Assembly (NCBI GenBank): GCA_919902495.1
Contig: CAKKRC010000041.1
Coordinates: 30,786 to 94,785, forward strand
Direction: 5' to 3'
Source of the DNA: Nitrospiria bacterium
GTDB taxonomy: Bacteria; Nitrospirota; UBA9217
DNA: 64,000 nucleotides
Part shown: piece after piece, positions 7,900-17,000 of the stretch
Layout: each line of letters starts with the position of its first letter
Numbering within the stretch: position 1 is the first letter of the stretch
Program-made: the position numbers and the translations under genes
Notes under the pieces: model-generated
Told to the model about the DNA's origin: nothing
Seen by the model: the letters and a program-made list of their open reading frames with translations, nothing else
Database searches by the model: none

Positions 7900-8832
7900 A
7901 TGAAACAATCATCCCTCACGACCTGGCGCCGCGTCTCGCAGGTGGCCTTCATCCTGTTCATCTTCCTGATGCCGGTGCTGAACATCCTGCGGATCGACTC
8001 GGACACCCATGAGCTGATCATCTTCGGCGTCTCCTGGAGCTTCGGCATCCAGCCTGAATATTTCGCCGACCGGAGCGCTTTGGGCGGACTGCGGATCGCC
8101 GCACAGTTCTTTCTTAAAGGCATCCTTCCCTGGGTCCTCTTTCTGGCCATCTTCCCCCTGCTGGGCTGGCTCACGGGAAGGCTCTTCTGCGGCTGGCTCT
8201 GTCCGGAAGGCGCGTTGTTCGAACTGTCGGACTTCCTGACGCTGAAACTGCTCGGCAGGCGGAACCTGTACGGCAAGCGACCGAGCGATCCCGACGGCGC
8301 GAAGGAAAAGACCCTTCTGTACGGTACAATCGCGGTCCTGAGTGCTATACTAATACCATTGGCAGGCGGCGTGGCGCTAACCGGGTACATCGTTGCGCCG
8401 AAGACCATCTGGCACCAGATCGTGACCTGGGACTTCACCTTCGGCGTGAAGGCCGGGATCATCGGCGTGGCCGTCTACATGCTCATCACGTCGATCCTCG
8501 TGCGCCACGTCCTGTGCCGGTACGTCTGCGCCGCGGGACTCATGCAGATGCTCTTTGGATGGGTCAACCCGGTCTCGCTCAGGATCAAGATGGACACCGC
8601 CCGGACAGCGGACTGCACGGACTGTAAAGGCTGCGACAAGGCCTGTTTCATGAACGTCACGCCGCGCAAGAACAAACGGGACATCTCGTGCGTGAACTGC
8701 GGGGCCTGCGTCGTGGCGTGCAACAAGGAGCTGGGGACCGGCAAGGGACTGTTCCACCTCGGCTTCGGCAAAGGCTGCGCCCTGCCGGAGGAGAACTGCA
8801 GGAACCTGTCGCCGGAGACGGTGAAAACATAA
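7900..8832 (+). CDS. CcoG/NapH-family membrane 4Fe-4S protein
   Basis: TM helices with GRLFCGWLCPEGALFE and CRYVCAAG, then a ferredoxin-type CTDCKGCDKAC...CVNCGACVVAC. Start taken at MKQSSLTTWRR. Confidence 0.7.
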   Translation: MKQSSLTTWRRVSQVAFILFIFLMPVLNILRIDSDTHELIIFGVSWSFGIQPEYFADRSALGGLRIAAQFFLKGILPWVLFLAIFPLLGWLTGRLFCGWLCPEGALFELSDFLTLKLLGRRNLYGKRPSDPDGAKEKTLLYGTIAVLSAILIPLAGGVALTGYIVAPKTIWHQIVTWDFTFGVKAGIIGVAVYMLITSILVRHVLCRYVCAAGLMQMLFGWVNPVSLRIKMDTARTADCTDCKGCDKACFMNVTPRKNKRDISCVNCGACVVACNKELGTGKGLFHLGFGKGCALPEENCRNLSPETVKT

Positions 8833-8975
8833 TAAGCGCCGGCCGCGTCATACAGTCACGGTTACGATGCCCGTTTCGTCGTTCGGTTACGTTGTTCGTC
8901 TTTGACGTTACACGACACCGCTCCCCGATACGGGCCTCGTTACCGGTTACCATTAGACATCTTAAGGAGACATAA

Positions 8976-9290
8976 ATGGAAACAATCGATCTCAAGAAAG
9001 TAGCAAAGTTCTACCCCGACCGCATCTCCCGCGAGATGCTGAAGGACAGCCCCGAGATGCGCATCGCCCTCATGTGCCTGAACCCGGGCCAGAAGCTCGA
9101 TCCCCACAAGGCCCCGATGCGGCTGCTCATGTACTGTGTTGAGGGCAAAGGCACTTTTACCGTGGGCGACGAAAAGATCGTGGCCGACGAGAAGACCTGC
9201 ATCCCCTGCGATCCGAACGTGCTCCACGGGTTCGCCGCCGACCAGGGAGAGAAGCTTGTCGTCCTGGCCATCGTTACGGCGGTGGATTAA
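8976..9290 (+). CDS. cupin domain protein
   Basis: 104-aa ORF with RBS AAGGAGA and a cupin-like beta-barrel pattern (LNPGQKLDPHKAP...YCVEGKGTF..G...CDPNVLHGF). Confidence 0.65.
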   Translation: METIDLKKVAKFYPDRISREMLKDSPEMRIALMCLNPGQKLDPHKAPMRLLMYCVEGKGTFTVGDEKIVADEKTCIPCDPNVLHGFAADQGEKLVVLAIVTAVD

Positions 9291-9327
9291 GCAGCCTCCC
9301 ACAACGTAGTTCCTGTGCTATCATTGA

Positions 9328-9358
9328 GGCAGACGGATACTTCCGTCTGCCCTTTTTT
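9328..9358 (+). terminator. rho-independent terminator after cupin gene
   Basis: GGCAGACGGA-TACT-TCCGTCTGCC followed by TTTTTT. Confidence 0.75.
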
Positions 9359-9377
9359 ATAAAAGCGTCCTGAAATA

Positions 9378-9398
9378 CCCAGCAGCTCTGCTGCTGGG
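9378..9398. repeat. palindrome CCCAGCAGC-TCT-GCTGCTGGG
   Basis: 9-bp perfect inverted repeat. Near-identical copy at 9471-9491. Confidence 0.8.
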
Positions 9399-9470
9399 AT
9401 GAAAAGGACATCCTGACGAAGTCGGGATTAGTTTTTGGTTTCGATGTGTTTTAAGGTTGCGAATTTGATG

Positions 9471-9491
9471 CCCCGCAGCTCTGCTGCGGGG
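9471..9491. repeat. palindrome CCCCGCAGC-TCT-GCTGCGGGG
   Basis: 9-bp perfect inverted repeat 34 nt upstream of the peroxiredoxin ATG. Confidence 0.8.
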
Positions 9492-9524
9492 TACTTCACT
9501 TCATTTCATGAGGAGGTAATAGCC

Positions 9525-10139
9525 ATGACTGAACGATGCGGTTGCCTGCAGGTGGGACAAGAAGTGCCGGATCTCGAGCTGGACATGTTCGATCCGGTGA
9601 AATGCGATTTCGGAAGCGTCAGCCTGAAGAAGTTGAAAGCGGCGAAGAAATGGACCGTTCTGTTCTTCTATCCCGCGGATTTCACTTTTGTGTGAGCAAC
9701 CGAGTTCGCCGCTCTGGCAGAGCGGTACGAGGAATTCCGGAAAGCGGGCGCCGAAGTGATCACCGTGAGCAGAGACACGAAGTTCGTGCATCTCGCCTGG
9801 CAGAGAGATGAGAAGGCGCTGGCGAACGTCCGGTACCCCATGGGTTCGGACCCGACCGGTGCGGTCTGCCGCCTGTTCGGCGTGCTGGACGAGAAGAGCG
9901 GCCTTGCGCTGCGCGGGACCTATATCATCAGCCCGAAGGGCGTTTTGATGAACTCGGAAATGAACTTCTTCAATCTTGGCAGGAACATCGAGGAACTGCT
10001 CCGGAAGGTCCGCGGGAACATCCACCTGGCCGGTCATCCCGCTGAAGGGGTCCCTGCCCAATGGAAACGGTCCGGCGACCTGACGCTCAAACCGTCGGCT
10101 AAAATGGTCGGCAAGGTTTCGGAGGCGATGAAGAAATAG
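9525..10139 (+). CDS. prxU: selenocysteine-containing peroxiredoxin (AhpC/Prx family, PrxU-like); TGA at 9693-9695 read as Sec
   Basis: ORFs 9435-9695 and 9756-10139 share a frame and are separated only by one TGA. That TGA sits exactly at the peroxidatic Cys position: FFYPADFTFV-[TGA]-ATEF versus canonical FYPxDFTFVCPTE. RBS GAGGAGG precedes the ATG at 9525. The downstream half is Prx-like (HLAW...YPMGSDP...RGTYIISPKGV). Confidence 0.8.
9709..9725 (+). promoter_or_regulatory. candidate bacterial SECIS hairpin
   Basis: CCGCTCT-GGC-AGAGCGG (7-bp stem, G-containing loop) begins 14 nt after the in-frame TGA. Its apical loop lies about 21 nt downstream, within the spacing usual for bacterial SECIS. 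Confidence 0.5.
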
Positions 10140-10164
10140 CATCCCTATCCCGGCTGCTGCAGAC

Positions 10165-10200
10165 AAAAAAAGCCCCCGCACGATCATGCGGGGGCTTTAC
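10165..10200. terminator. bidirectional rho-independent terminator
   Basis: AAAAAA-AGCCCCCGCA-CGATCA-TGCGGGGGCT-TT sits between the convergent prxU-like and Cys-rich genes. Confidence 0.75.
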
Positions 10201-10221
10201 CTTTTACGATGAAAACAAATA

Positions 10222-10650
10222 TCAGATCTTCTTCATTTCCTTCCCGCAGCCGCACTTTTCCGGTTTGTCGGATATCGTGTTGCACTTGCAGCCTCCGCTG
10301 CAGACGCACGAAGCGGCTCCACAGGTACACGCATACTTGCCCGTGATGTCCACCTTTTTCACCGGCTTTCCGCAACCGCAGAGGTTCGGGTCCTTTTTGC
10401 TCCTCTCGCAGCTGCAGTCCGCGCCGCATGTACACAGAACGGCGGTGTTCTTTTCAATCTCCAGCATGTGCATGGCCGCCATTTCCTTGCCGCAGGCGCA
10501 CTTGCCCGGCTCTTTGGAGATGCTGTTGCACTTGCAATCGTCCCCGCAATTGCAGACATAGTAGACCTGGCTCTTGTCCGCGCTGATCACCACACCCGCC
10601 GCCAAAGCCAGAATGACCAGTACGACCATACCAACAACGATCTTCTTCAT
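10222..10650 (-). CDS. secreted/anchored cysteine-rich repeat protein (three CxCGxxCxC...CxCGK modules, metallothionein-like)
   Basis: RBS GAAGGAGGA fits the second ATG (10650). N-terminal hydrophobic helix, then three modules: YVCNCGDDCKCNSISKEPGKCACGKEM, VLCTCGADCSCERSKKDPNLCGCGKPV and YACTCGAASCVCSGGCKCNTISDKPEKCGCGKEM. 20 Cys in total. Confidence 0.65.
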   Translation of the reverse strand: MKKIVVGMVVLVILALAAGVVISADKSQVYYVCNCGDDCKCNSISKEPGKCACGKEMAAMHMLEIEKNTAVLCTCGADCSCERSKKDPNLCGCGKPVKKVDITGKYACTCGAASCVCSGGCKCNTISDKPEKCGCGKEMKKI

Positions 10651-10724
10651 GTACATTCCTCCTTCACCATACTTGGTCTGTTTTATTTCAAGTTCGGAAT
10701 TTCTCTGCGATCTCAGCGAGCTCG

Positions 10725-10755
10725 CCTAGAGGCGCCTACTTTTGGCTGCGGTAAA
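10725..10755 (+). repeat. conserved core repeat, copy 1 (GCGCCTACTTTTGG at 10732-10745)
   Basis: CCTAGAGGCGCCTACTTTTGGCTGCGGTAAA. The same 14-nt core occurs at 37598-37611, 47883-47896 and 62639-62652. Confidence 0.85.
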
Positions 10756-10786
10756 ACACTTTCGTTTAGTTCATAGGACAAATTGT

Positions 10787-11332
10787 TCACACCCAGTACT
10801 CCGGGTACTTTCTGTTCTTGCTGAGGTTGTTCACGAGGAGGGCGACGATCAGAAGCACCACGGCGCCCGCCCCCGCGGGGATGACGGCATAGAGAAAACC
10901 GAGGTTGTGCACCTTGGCGCCGCCGATAACGGCGATGAGCGCGGTCGCGCCGCCGGGAGGATGCAGGGTCTTCGTGGCGAGCATGGCCACAATAGCAAGG
11001 GATACCGCCAGCGCGGCAGCGATCCAGACCGTGCCGCCGAACAACTGCCAGCATGCCACCCCGACAAGCCCCGAGACCACGTGTCCGCCAACAAGGTTTC
11101 GCGGCTGGGCCAGGGGGCTCTTGATCGCTCCATAGACCAGAACGGCCGATGCGCCGAACGAGCCGATGAGCAGCGTCAGGTCTCGTGGTTCGAAATAGCG
11201 TGACGAAATCCAGCCACAGATCCCGATCCCGAGCACAGAGCCGATCCAGGACCAGAGGAGTTCCCCTGCTCCCACGCCGGGGGGGCTTTTCGTGCTCCCT
11301 TTCATCTTCGAAAGATATTCCGCGACGGTCAT
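10787..11332 (-). CDS. HPP family membrane protein
   Basis: 181-aa 4-5 TM ORF with the family-defining TLHPPGGATALIAV motif. Confidence 0.85.
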   Translation of the reverse strand: MTVAEYLSKMKGSTKSPPGVGAGELLWSWIGSVLGIGICGWISSRYFEPRDLTLLIGSFGASAVLVYGAIKSPLAQPRNLVGGHVVSGLVGVACWQLFGGTVWIAAALAVSLAIVAMLATKTLHPPGGATALIAVIGGAKVHNLGFLYAVIPAGAGAVVLLIVALLVNNLSKNRKYPEYWV

Positions 11333-11979
11333 TTCTTGCTGCTCCGCAGCAAACGTCTCTTTTTGGGCTTCTTCTCCTGCCCCATGCCCATTGCGCGAAC
11401 GATATCGGCGCGCGCTATAATGCCGACCAGCCTATCGTCTTCGTCGATAACAGGGAGCCGCTTGATCCTTTTTTCGTCCAGGATCGCGGCAACAGCGCGG
11501 ATATCCCGGTCCGGATCGGTGGTAATGGCGGGAGAACTCATGATCTCGCCGACCGTATTCCCTTTTTTGCGGACCGGCAGCGGTGCGCCGAGAACATGCC
11601 GGAGAACATCCTTGAACGTGTGGCCCTTTTTCACTCCCGCCAGGGACAGGATATCGGCCTCGGATAGTATCCCCAGGACCCGGTGTTCCGCGTCCACGAC
11701 CGGCATGCCGCTGATCCGGAGCCCCGAGAGACGCCGCGCAGCCTCCTTGAGGTCCGCTTCAGGATTGATCGTGACCACGTCCCTGGTCATGAGGTCCGAG
11801 ACCGGGATCGCGACCATGGACCGTTTCCGTGCGTGACGGAGCGCCAAGGAATATATCTTCAGGAGATCTTCCTCGGTAATATCGACGTAGCCCTTAAGGT
11901 CCGCAAGCGCTGACCGCAGGTCCTCTTCGTCAATACGGCATTGTTTCGGATCGGTGACCATAGGATTGCCTCCGGACAT
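11329..11979 (-). CDS. CBS domain-pair protein
   Basis: Two CBS repeats (VSDLMTRDVVTINPEADL...GMPVVDAEHRVLGILSEADIL and VGEIMSSPAITTDPD...RLPVIDEDDRLVGIIARADIV). Its stop overlaps the HPP start (ATGA). Confidence 0.85.
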   Translation of the reverse strand: MSGGNPMVTDPKQCRIDEEDLRSALADLKGYVDITEEDLLKIYSLALRHARKRSMVAIPVSDLMTRDVVTINPEADLKEAARRLSGLRISGMPVVDAEHRVLGILSEADILSLAGVKKGHTFKDVLRHVLGAPLPVRKKGNTVGEIMSSPAITTDPDRDIRAVAAILDEKRIKRLPVIDEDDRLVGIIARADIVRAMGMGQEKKPKKRRLLRSSKK

Positions 11980-12089
11980 GAACGTTTGAAAGACTGATGC
12001 CGCTGAACCGGTGTCAAATGCGAAAAGCCTCCCGGGGGAGGCTTACTGGTGAGTCCACCTATGCACAGATGTCCGATAGTTGATGGCCA

Positions 12090-12986
12090 TTATTTCGATT
12101 TTTCCTCTGCCCTGGTCACGATCCAGTATACAAAGCCGATGACAAGGATGGCCGCGATGAGGTAATAGACGGACTCCGGTTTTTCATGCTTGAGCGTCGC
12201 GATCATGGTCTCCCGGATCATGGTGACCAGTGCCACGCCCACGAACATGCTGATGTGGAACTTTCCGCCCTTCAGGTGGGAGATCTCGGTGTTCATCAGC
12301 TCGATCATGAGCCACAGCAGCAGCATGGAGCCGAGCGCCGAGATGATGCCGCGCTCCACATCTCCGGTGAGCAGGTGCAGCACATCCTTCACGAACAGCC
12401 AGCCGACACCGATCGTGAGACCCATGAGCGCCAGCACGAGTAAGAGATTTGTGGCCTGCGAGAACCGTTCGGAAAAGCTGATCAGCGCGCTCTTCACCTT
12501 GTAGACCGGCGAATAGACGCGCATCTCTTCCTCGATATAGGCGTTGGTTATGATGTTCAGACTGATGTCCACGATCTTGCCGACCGAAACGATATTGTTC
12601 ACCATCTCGTCGCGGGCATCATCGGTCTTGGACAGGACACCCGTGCAGGAGTTCTTGACGATGTTGGCCATGCGGTGAAGATAATGCACATCCACATTCC
12701 GGCGCATGTGCGCCATCCCGATCTTGATCAGCTTGTCGTAGTAGGAATTGTCGTATTTGCCCGAAAAGAGCAGCAGGAACCAGTCCTTCTGCGATGCGAA
12801 CACGTGCTGCTGCAGGGTCTCTTCGGTAAAGAACTTCGCCGCGCCCTTGGTCCCCTTGAACCAGAGGGAGAGCGTGCTCATGATCTCCTCGGCGTGCTCC
12901 TCCAGAAGGGGCCGCAGACCGGCGAGACGCCGCTCGTCGTCGGGCGTGAACCGGTAGTCCTGCTTTATTTCCTTGATCGATCGCAT
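12090..12986 (-). CDS. protoglobin (globin-coupled sensor) domain fused to PsiE-like membrane domain
   Basis: The N-terminal ~150 aa match the sensor-globin pattern (YRFTPDDERRL...QKDWFLLLFSGKYDNSYYDKLIKIGMAHMR). The C-terminal ~130 aa is a 4-TM region resembling PsiE (LLLWLMIELMNTEI...FVGVALVTMIRE). Confidence 0.65.
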   Translation of the reverse strand: MRSIKEIKQDYRFTPDDERRLAGLRPLLEEHAEEIMSTLSLWFKGTKGAAKFFTEETLQQHVFASQKDWFLLLFSGKYDNSYYDKLIKIGMAHMRRNVDVHYLHRMANIVKNSCTGVLSKTDDARDEMVNNIVSVGKIVDISLNIITNAYIEEEMRVYSPVYKVKSALISFSERFSQATNLLLVLALMGLTIGVGWLFVKDVLHLLTGDVERGIISALGSMLLLWLMIELMNTEISHLKGGKFHISMFVGVALVTMIRETMIATLKHEKPESVYYLIAAILVIGFVYWIVTRAEEKSK

Positions 12987-13074
12987 GTTTTCTCCGGCTC
13001 AAAATGTATCACAGGGGCGATAAATTGTCAAACCGCGAAGCCTCCCGGTATATCACCCCGGCTTCACTTGTTTA

Positions 13075-13527
13075 TTATCCCTTTGCTGCCCTCAGCTTCA
13101 GATATTCTCCAACTAAAAGCGACGCGGGATAATAGATCTGCTCCTCCATCTGGGCGTGGAGCAGCAGTTTTCTCGCGAAGCGGGCCAGCTCCGGTCGCTG
13201 ATCACCGGTCGCTGTGTCATAAAGGTGCTCAAGGGCCTTCGCTATGGCTTGATGCTCCCGGAGCATTTCGGCAAGTTCGTGTTTCAGCCGCTCTACCTTG
13301 GCAATGATCGCATCCGGATTTTCCGGAACGCCTCCTCCCGCAAGGACCGGCAGCGCGTCAAGGGGCGTCAGGGCGCACTCTTCCTCCTTCTTAAAATGAG
13401 GAACAAGGAGCCGCGCCACCTCGCGTGCCGCCTCCCCGCTCTTACCGGCTGCCTTCGCGGAGATCTCGAGCGACGCGCGCATCTCTCCATGCTCATGCTT
13501 CAACGACGGCGGTATCTTCATTTCCAT
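13075..13527 (-). CDS. hemerythrin-like (HHE cation-binding) domain protein
   Basis: Start taken at MEMKIPPSLKHEHGEM. His/Glu motifs LKHEH, VPHFKKEEE, LREHQ and LLLHAQMEEQIYYP. The longer ORF would overlap the ferredoxin gene. Confidence 0.7.
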   Translation of the reverse strand: MEMKIPPSLKHEHGEMRASLEISAKAAGKSGEAAREVARLLVPHFKKEEECALTPLDALPVLAGGGVPENPDAIIAKVERLKHELAEMLREHQAIAKALEHLYDTATGDQRPELARFARKLLLHAQMEEQIYYPASLLVGEYLKLRAAKG

Positions 13528-13550
13528 TTTTTGACCCCTCTCAACATCAT

Positions 13551-13736
13551 CTACTCGCTCCAACTGATCGCCTGCACCGGACAGGTGTCGATCGCCTCCT
13601 GGCACTTGCAGGTGCCGCACTTGTCCGGACCGATGACCCGGGATTTTTCGTCCTCCAGTTCGAACACCTGCGGGCAAAGCTCCACGCAATGGCCGCAGCC
13701 TATACAGAGTTCCTCGTCCACCACAGGCTTGCGCAT
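13551..13736 (-). CDS. small ferredoxin (single-cluster type)
   Basis: [27 protein letters not shown]...[13 protein letters not shown], a CxxCxxC...CP pattern as in small Fe-S ferredoxins. Confidence 0.75.
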   Translation of the reverse strand: MRKPVVDEELCIGCGHCVELCPQVFELEDEKSRVIGPDKCGTCKCQEAIDTCPVQAISWSE

Positions 13737-13805
13737 GACCGTTCCCCTTCCGTGCAAAATACTATAGCATATTCCCTGCCAGGGGTATAGGTTCCTGACT
13801 GTGGC

Positions 13806-13862
13806 CTATCCCAGCCGCTTCCGGAACCGGAGGGCGCGGGGAATGAGCGTATTGATCGCGTA
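13806..13862 (-). pseudogene. remnant of the 3' end of an ABC-2 permease gene
   Basis: 13811-13832 (CCAGCCGCTTCCGGAACCGGAG) is identical to 17361-17382. The translation ...ALRFRKRLG* mirrors the C-terminus ...ALRFRKRLV* of the permease at 17356-18468. Confidence 0.55.
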
Positions 13863-14082
13863 AATTCCGCATCCGCCCTTAATGGATCCGGAAGACGGTC
13901 TTTTGTCGGTTTGGGAGAAAAGCATACTGAAGGGCAGCAAACGGGTTGCCTGCATGTGCTGGCAAGTCAAGTGTTGTATGGACTCATGTAATGTATAGAC
14001 ATGCCTCCCGGACAACGGAGCGAATTCTCTTTCGTTGCCTGAGCACGGTCAATCCCGGTAGCACGTCGCTGATTGTTCGGGC

Positions 14083-17000
14083 TCACGTCTTCTCATTGTT
14101 CGCTCGGTCAAGCACCTCTCTGATCTTTTCCGCCAGACTTGCGGGGCTGAGCGGTTTCTGGATGAAGTTCAGCCCGGGCAGCAATACGCCATGCCGCGCG
14201 AGTGATTCATCCGCATGGCCGGACATGAAGATCACCCTGCAATCCGGGCGCTTTGCCGCAAAGGCATCGGCAAGTTCCTTGCCGTTCATGCCGGTCAGGA
14301 TAACATCCGTCAGCAGCAGGGGTATGGTATCAGCGGTGTTGTCGCTGATCTTGAGCGCCTCTTCTCCGGACGACGCGATCAGGAGCCGGTACCCCAGGGG
14401 CTCGAGGATGTCCCGGACCAGCGAGCGGATCGAGGGATCGTCTTCCACGACAAGCACCGTCTCCGTCCCTCCTGATGGCATGTTCCGGTGGATATTGACG
14501 ACCACCTCCGCCTCTCCCTCCACTGCGGGAAGATAGATGGTGAAGGTGGTCCCCTTGCCGGGCTCGCTGCTCACCCGGATATGGCCGTTATGCTGCATGA
14601 CGATGCCGTACACCATGGACATCCCCAGGCCGGTGCCCTTGCCCGATTCTTTCGTGGTGAAAAACGGCTCGAATATCCTCTCCCGCGTCTCCTGGCTCAT
14701 TCCCTCGCCGTTGTCAGCCACGGAGAGCATCACATAGGGCCCTGGCTCCATGTCCCCCTGCTCGCGTGCGGAGTCTTCGTCCAGATCAATGTCGCTCGTT
14801 TCGATCGTACACTGACCGCCCCGCGGCATGGCGTCCCGGGCATTGACGGCAAGGTTCATCAGGATCTGCTCCATCTGGGCCGGGTCGGCCAGGGTCGTCC
14901 TCGTGGAGCGGGTGTTCAGCTTGAGCGTTACGTCCTCCCCGATCATCCGCATCAACAGCTTGATCGTGTCCTCGATCACGCTGTTCAGTTTTATTTTCAC
15001 GAGATAGAGCGCCTGTTTGCGGCTGAAGGCGAGAAGGTGTCTCGTCAGGACCGCGGCTTTTTCTCCCGCCTCTTTGATGAGAACGAGCTTGTCCAGGGAG
15101 GGCTTGTCGCCGGAGCCTTTCCGAAGGAGCATATCGCTGTACCCCACGATGACGGACAGCAGGTTGTTGAAGTCATGCGCCACGCCGCCCGCGAGCCTTC
15201 CGATGGATTCAAGCTTCTGCGCCTGCAGGAGTTGGGACTGGAGTTGTCGGTTCTCTTCTTCAGCCTTTTTACGGTCCGTGATGTCAACGCTCAGCGCGAG
15301 CGCGCCGGTGATGTTCCCGTCCGCGTCACGGATGGGCTGGGCCGCCCTGGCCACATCGATCACCCTGCCGTCCTTACGGACCATGCGGATCTCCGCCTGC
15401 ACGGGCGACCCGTGCAGGAGCTGCTGGAACTTTTCCCGAACGACCGGGACGGACCGCGGGTCGAGCAATTCGGTGATGCGCTTCCCGATCAGTTCATCGC
15501 GTTCATAGCCCAGGAGGCGCGAGTCGCTCAGGCTGCAGTCAACGATGCGCCCCTCCGTGTCAAGCACCTCTCCGCCGTAGGGCAGGAGGTCGAACAGCAG
15601 GCGGTACCGCCGTTCGCTCTGCCGCACGACATCCTCGGCCCGTTTCTGGTCGCTGATGTCCCGGACGATGCCGATCATGGCGATGATGTTGTCGTGCTCG
15701 TACTTCACCAACGACGTGGACAGGAGCACGGGATATTCCCTGCCGTCCTTTGTGATATTGATGATCTCTCCGCGCCAGCCGCCGTCGGTGAGGGTCGCGC
15801 GGTGGATATCCTCCCAGAGCGCCGCGACCCGTGGTGCTTGCATGAGCGAAATATGCCGCCCCTTCAGCTCTTCCGGCGTGTACCCCAGATAGGCCTCCAC
15901 CTGGGGATTGACATGCAGGACCATCCCCTCCACATCGGCGATCACGATGAGGTCCATGCTGCTCTCCAGGGACTGGGCGAGCATCGCTACCTGCTTGTGG
16001 TTCAACGCGTTCTGGATGGATACGGAAAGGATATCGGCAATGGACTGATAGAACTTGACCTCATTGTCAGGGAGCTTTGTCCCGGCGGGAAGATAGAAGC
16101 ACAGGACACCGAGCAGCTTATTTCTCGCTTTGAGCGGAAGGACCACATGGCCGTGGGTCTTCATGCCCGTATACGTTTTTGTGTGCCGCCGGTCGCTGTC
16201 GCTGGCCTCCGACAGCACCAGTTCCTCCTGCTTTGCGCAGAGCCCGCAGAGGCATTCACCGATGTCCACGGAAGCGCAGAGCCGTGCCTGCTCCTCATCG
16301 AAGTTGCGCGAGACGACCATTTCCAGGACCTTCTTGTCCTCATCAAACAGCAGGACAGCCCCCTTGCGCAGCAGGGTCAGCGGCGCAAGGCTCAGGATGG
16401 CATCCATCACCTTGTCGAGCATCACCTTCAGTTCAAGGGTCTTGCTTGCGGCAAGAGAGATCTCGTTCAGCATGTTCAGCTCATGCAGGTGCTCCTCCTT
16501 TTCGGCAAAAAGGTCCTTCAGGCGCCGCGCCATGCTGTTGAACGCCAATCCCAGGGTCCCCATTTCGTCCGCCGTCCGGACCGCGACGCTCACATCAAAG
16601 TTACCCCGCTCGACATCCGCCGCCGCGGCCCGCAACTCGCGCGCAGGACGGATGAGGCTCCGGACCGCGTAGACGACCAGCGAGATAAGAATGGCGACGA
16701 GCAGGACGATGGAACTGAAGCGGTAGAGATCAAAGGCCAAAAGCTCCCGTTCGTGGTGTTCCTCGATGCGCTTCACGAGCGCTTCGATCTTGGGAAGGTT
16801 CTCCCGGACAGCGGCATGGCAGGCTTCGCAGGTTTCCTTTACGTTTCGCAGCGGCTGCCTGATGATCGTCCTCAGGAGCGGCCGCTGGACGTTCTTCCAG
16901 AGGCCGGTCAGTTCGTCGAGCTGGACGCGGGAAGGACCGTCGTGCACGTGCAGCGGTTCCAATCCCAGCTTGACGCTGCCGCCCGCAAGGGCGAGGAGCG

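Noticed and set aside
9435-10139. Reading 9435-9695 and 9756-10139 as two separate small genes or as a disrupted peroxiredoxin pseudogene.
   Set aside because: The single stop is a TGA exactly at the catalytic Cys codon. Both parts share one frame with no other stops, and a hairpin follows at SECIS distance. Selenocysteine recoding is the simpler explanation.
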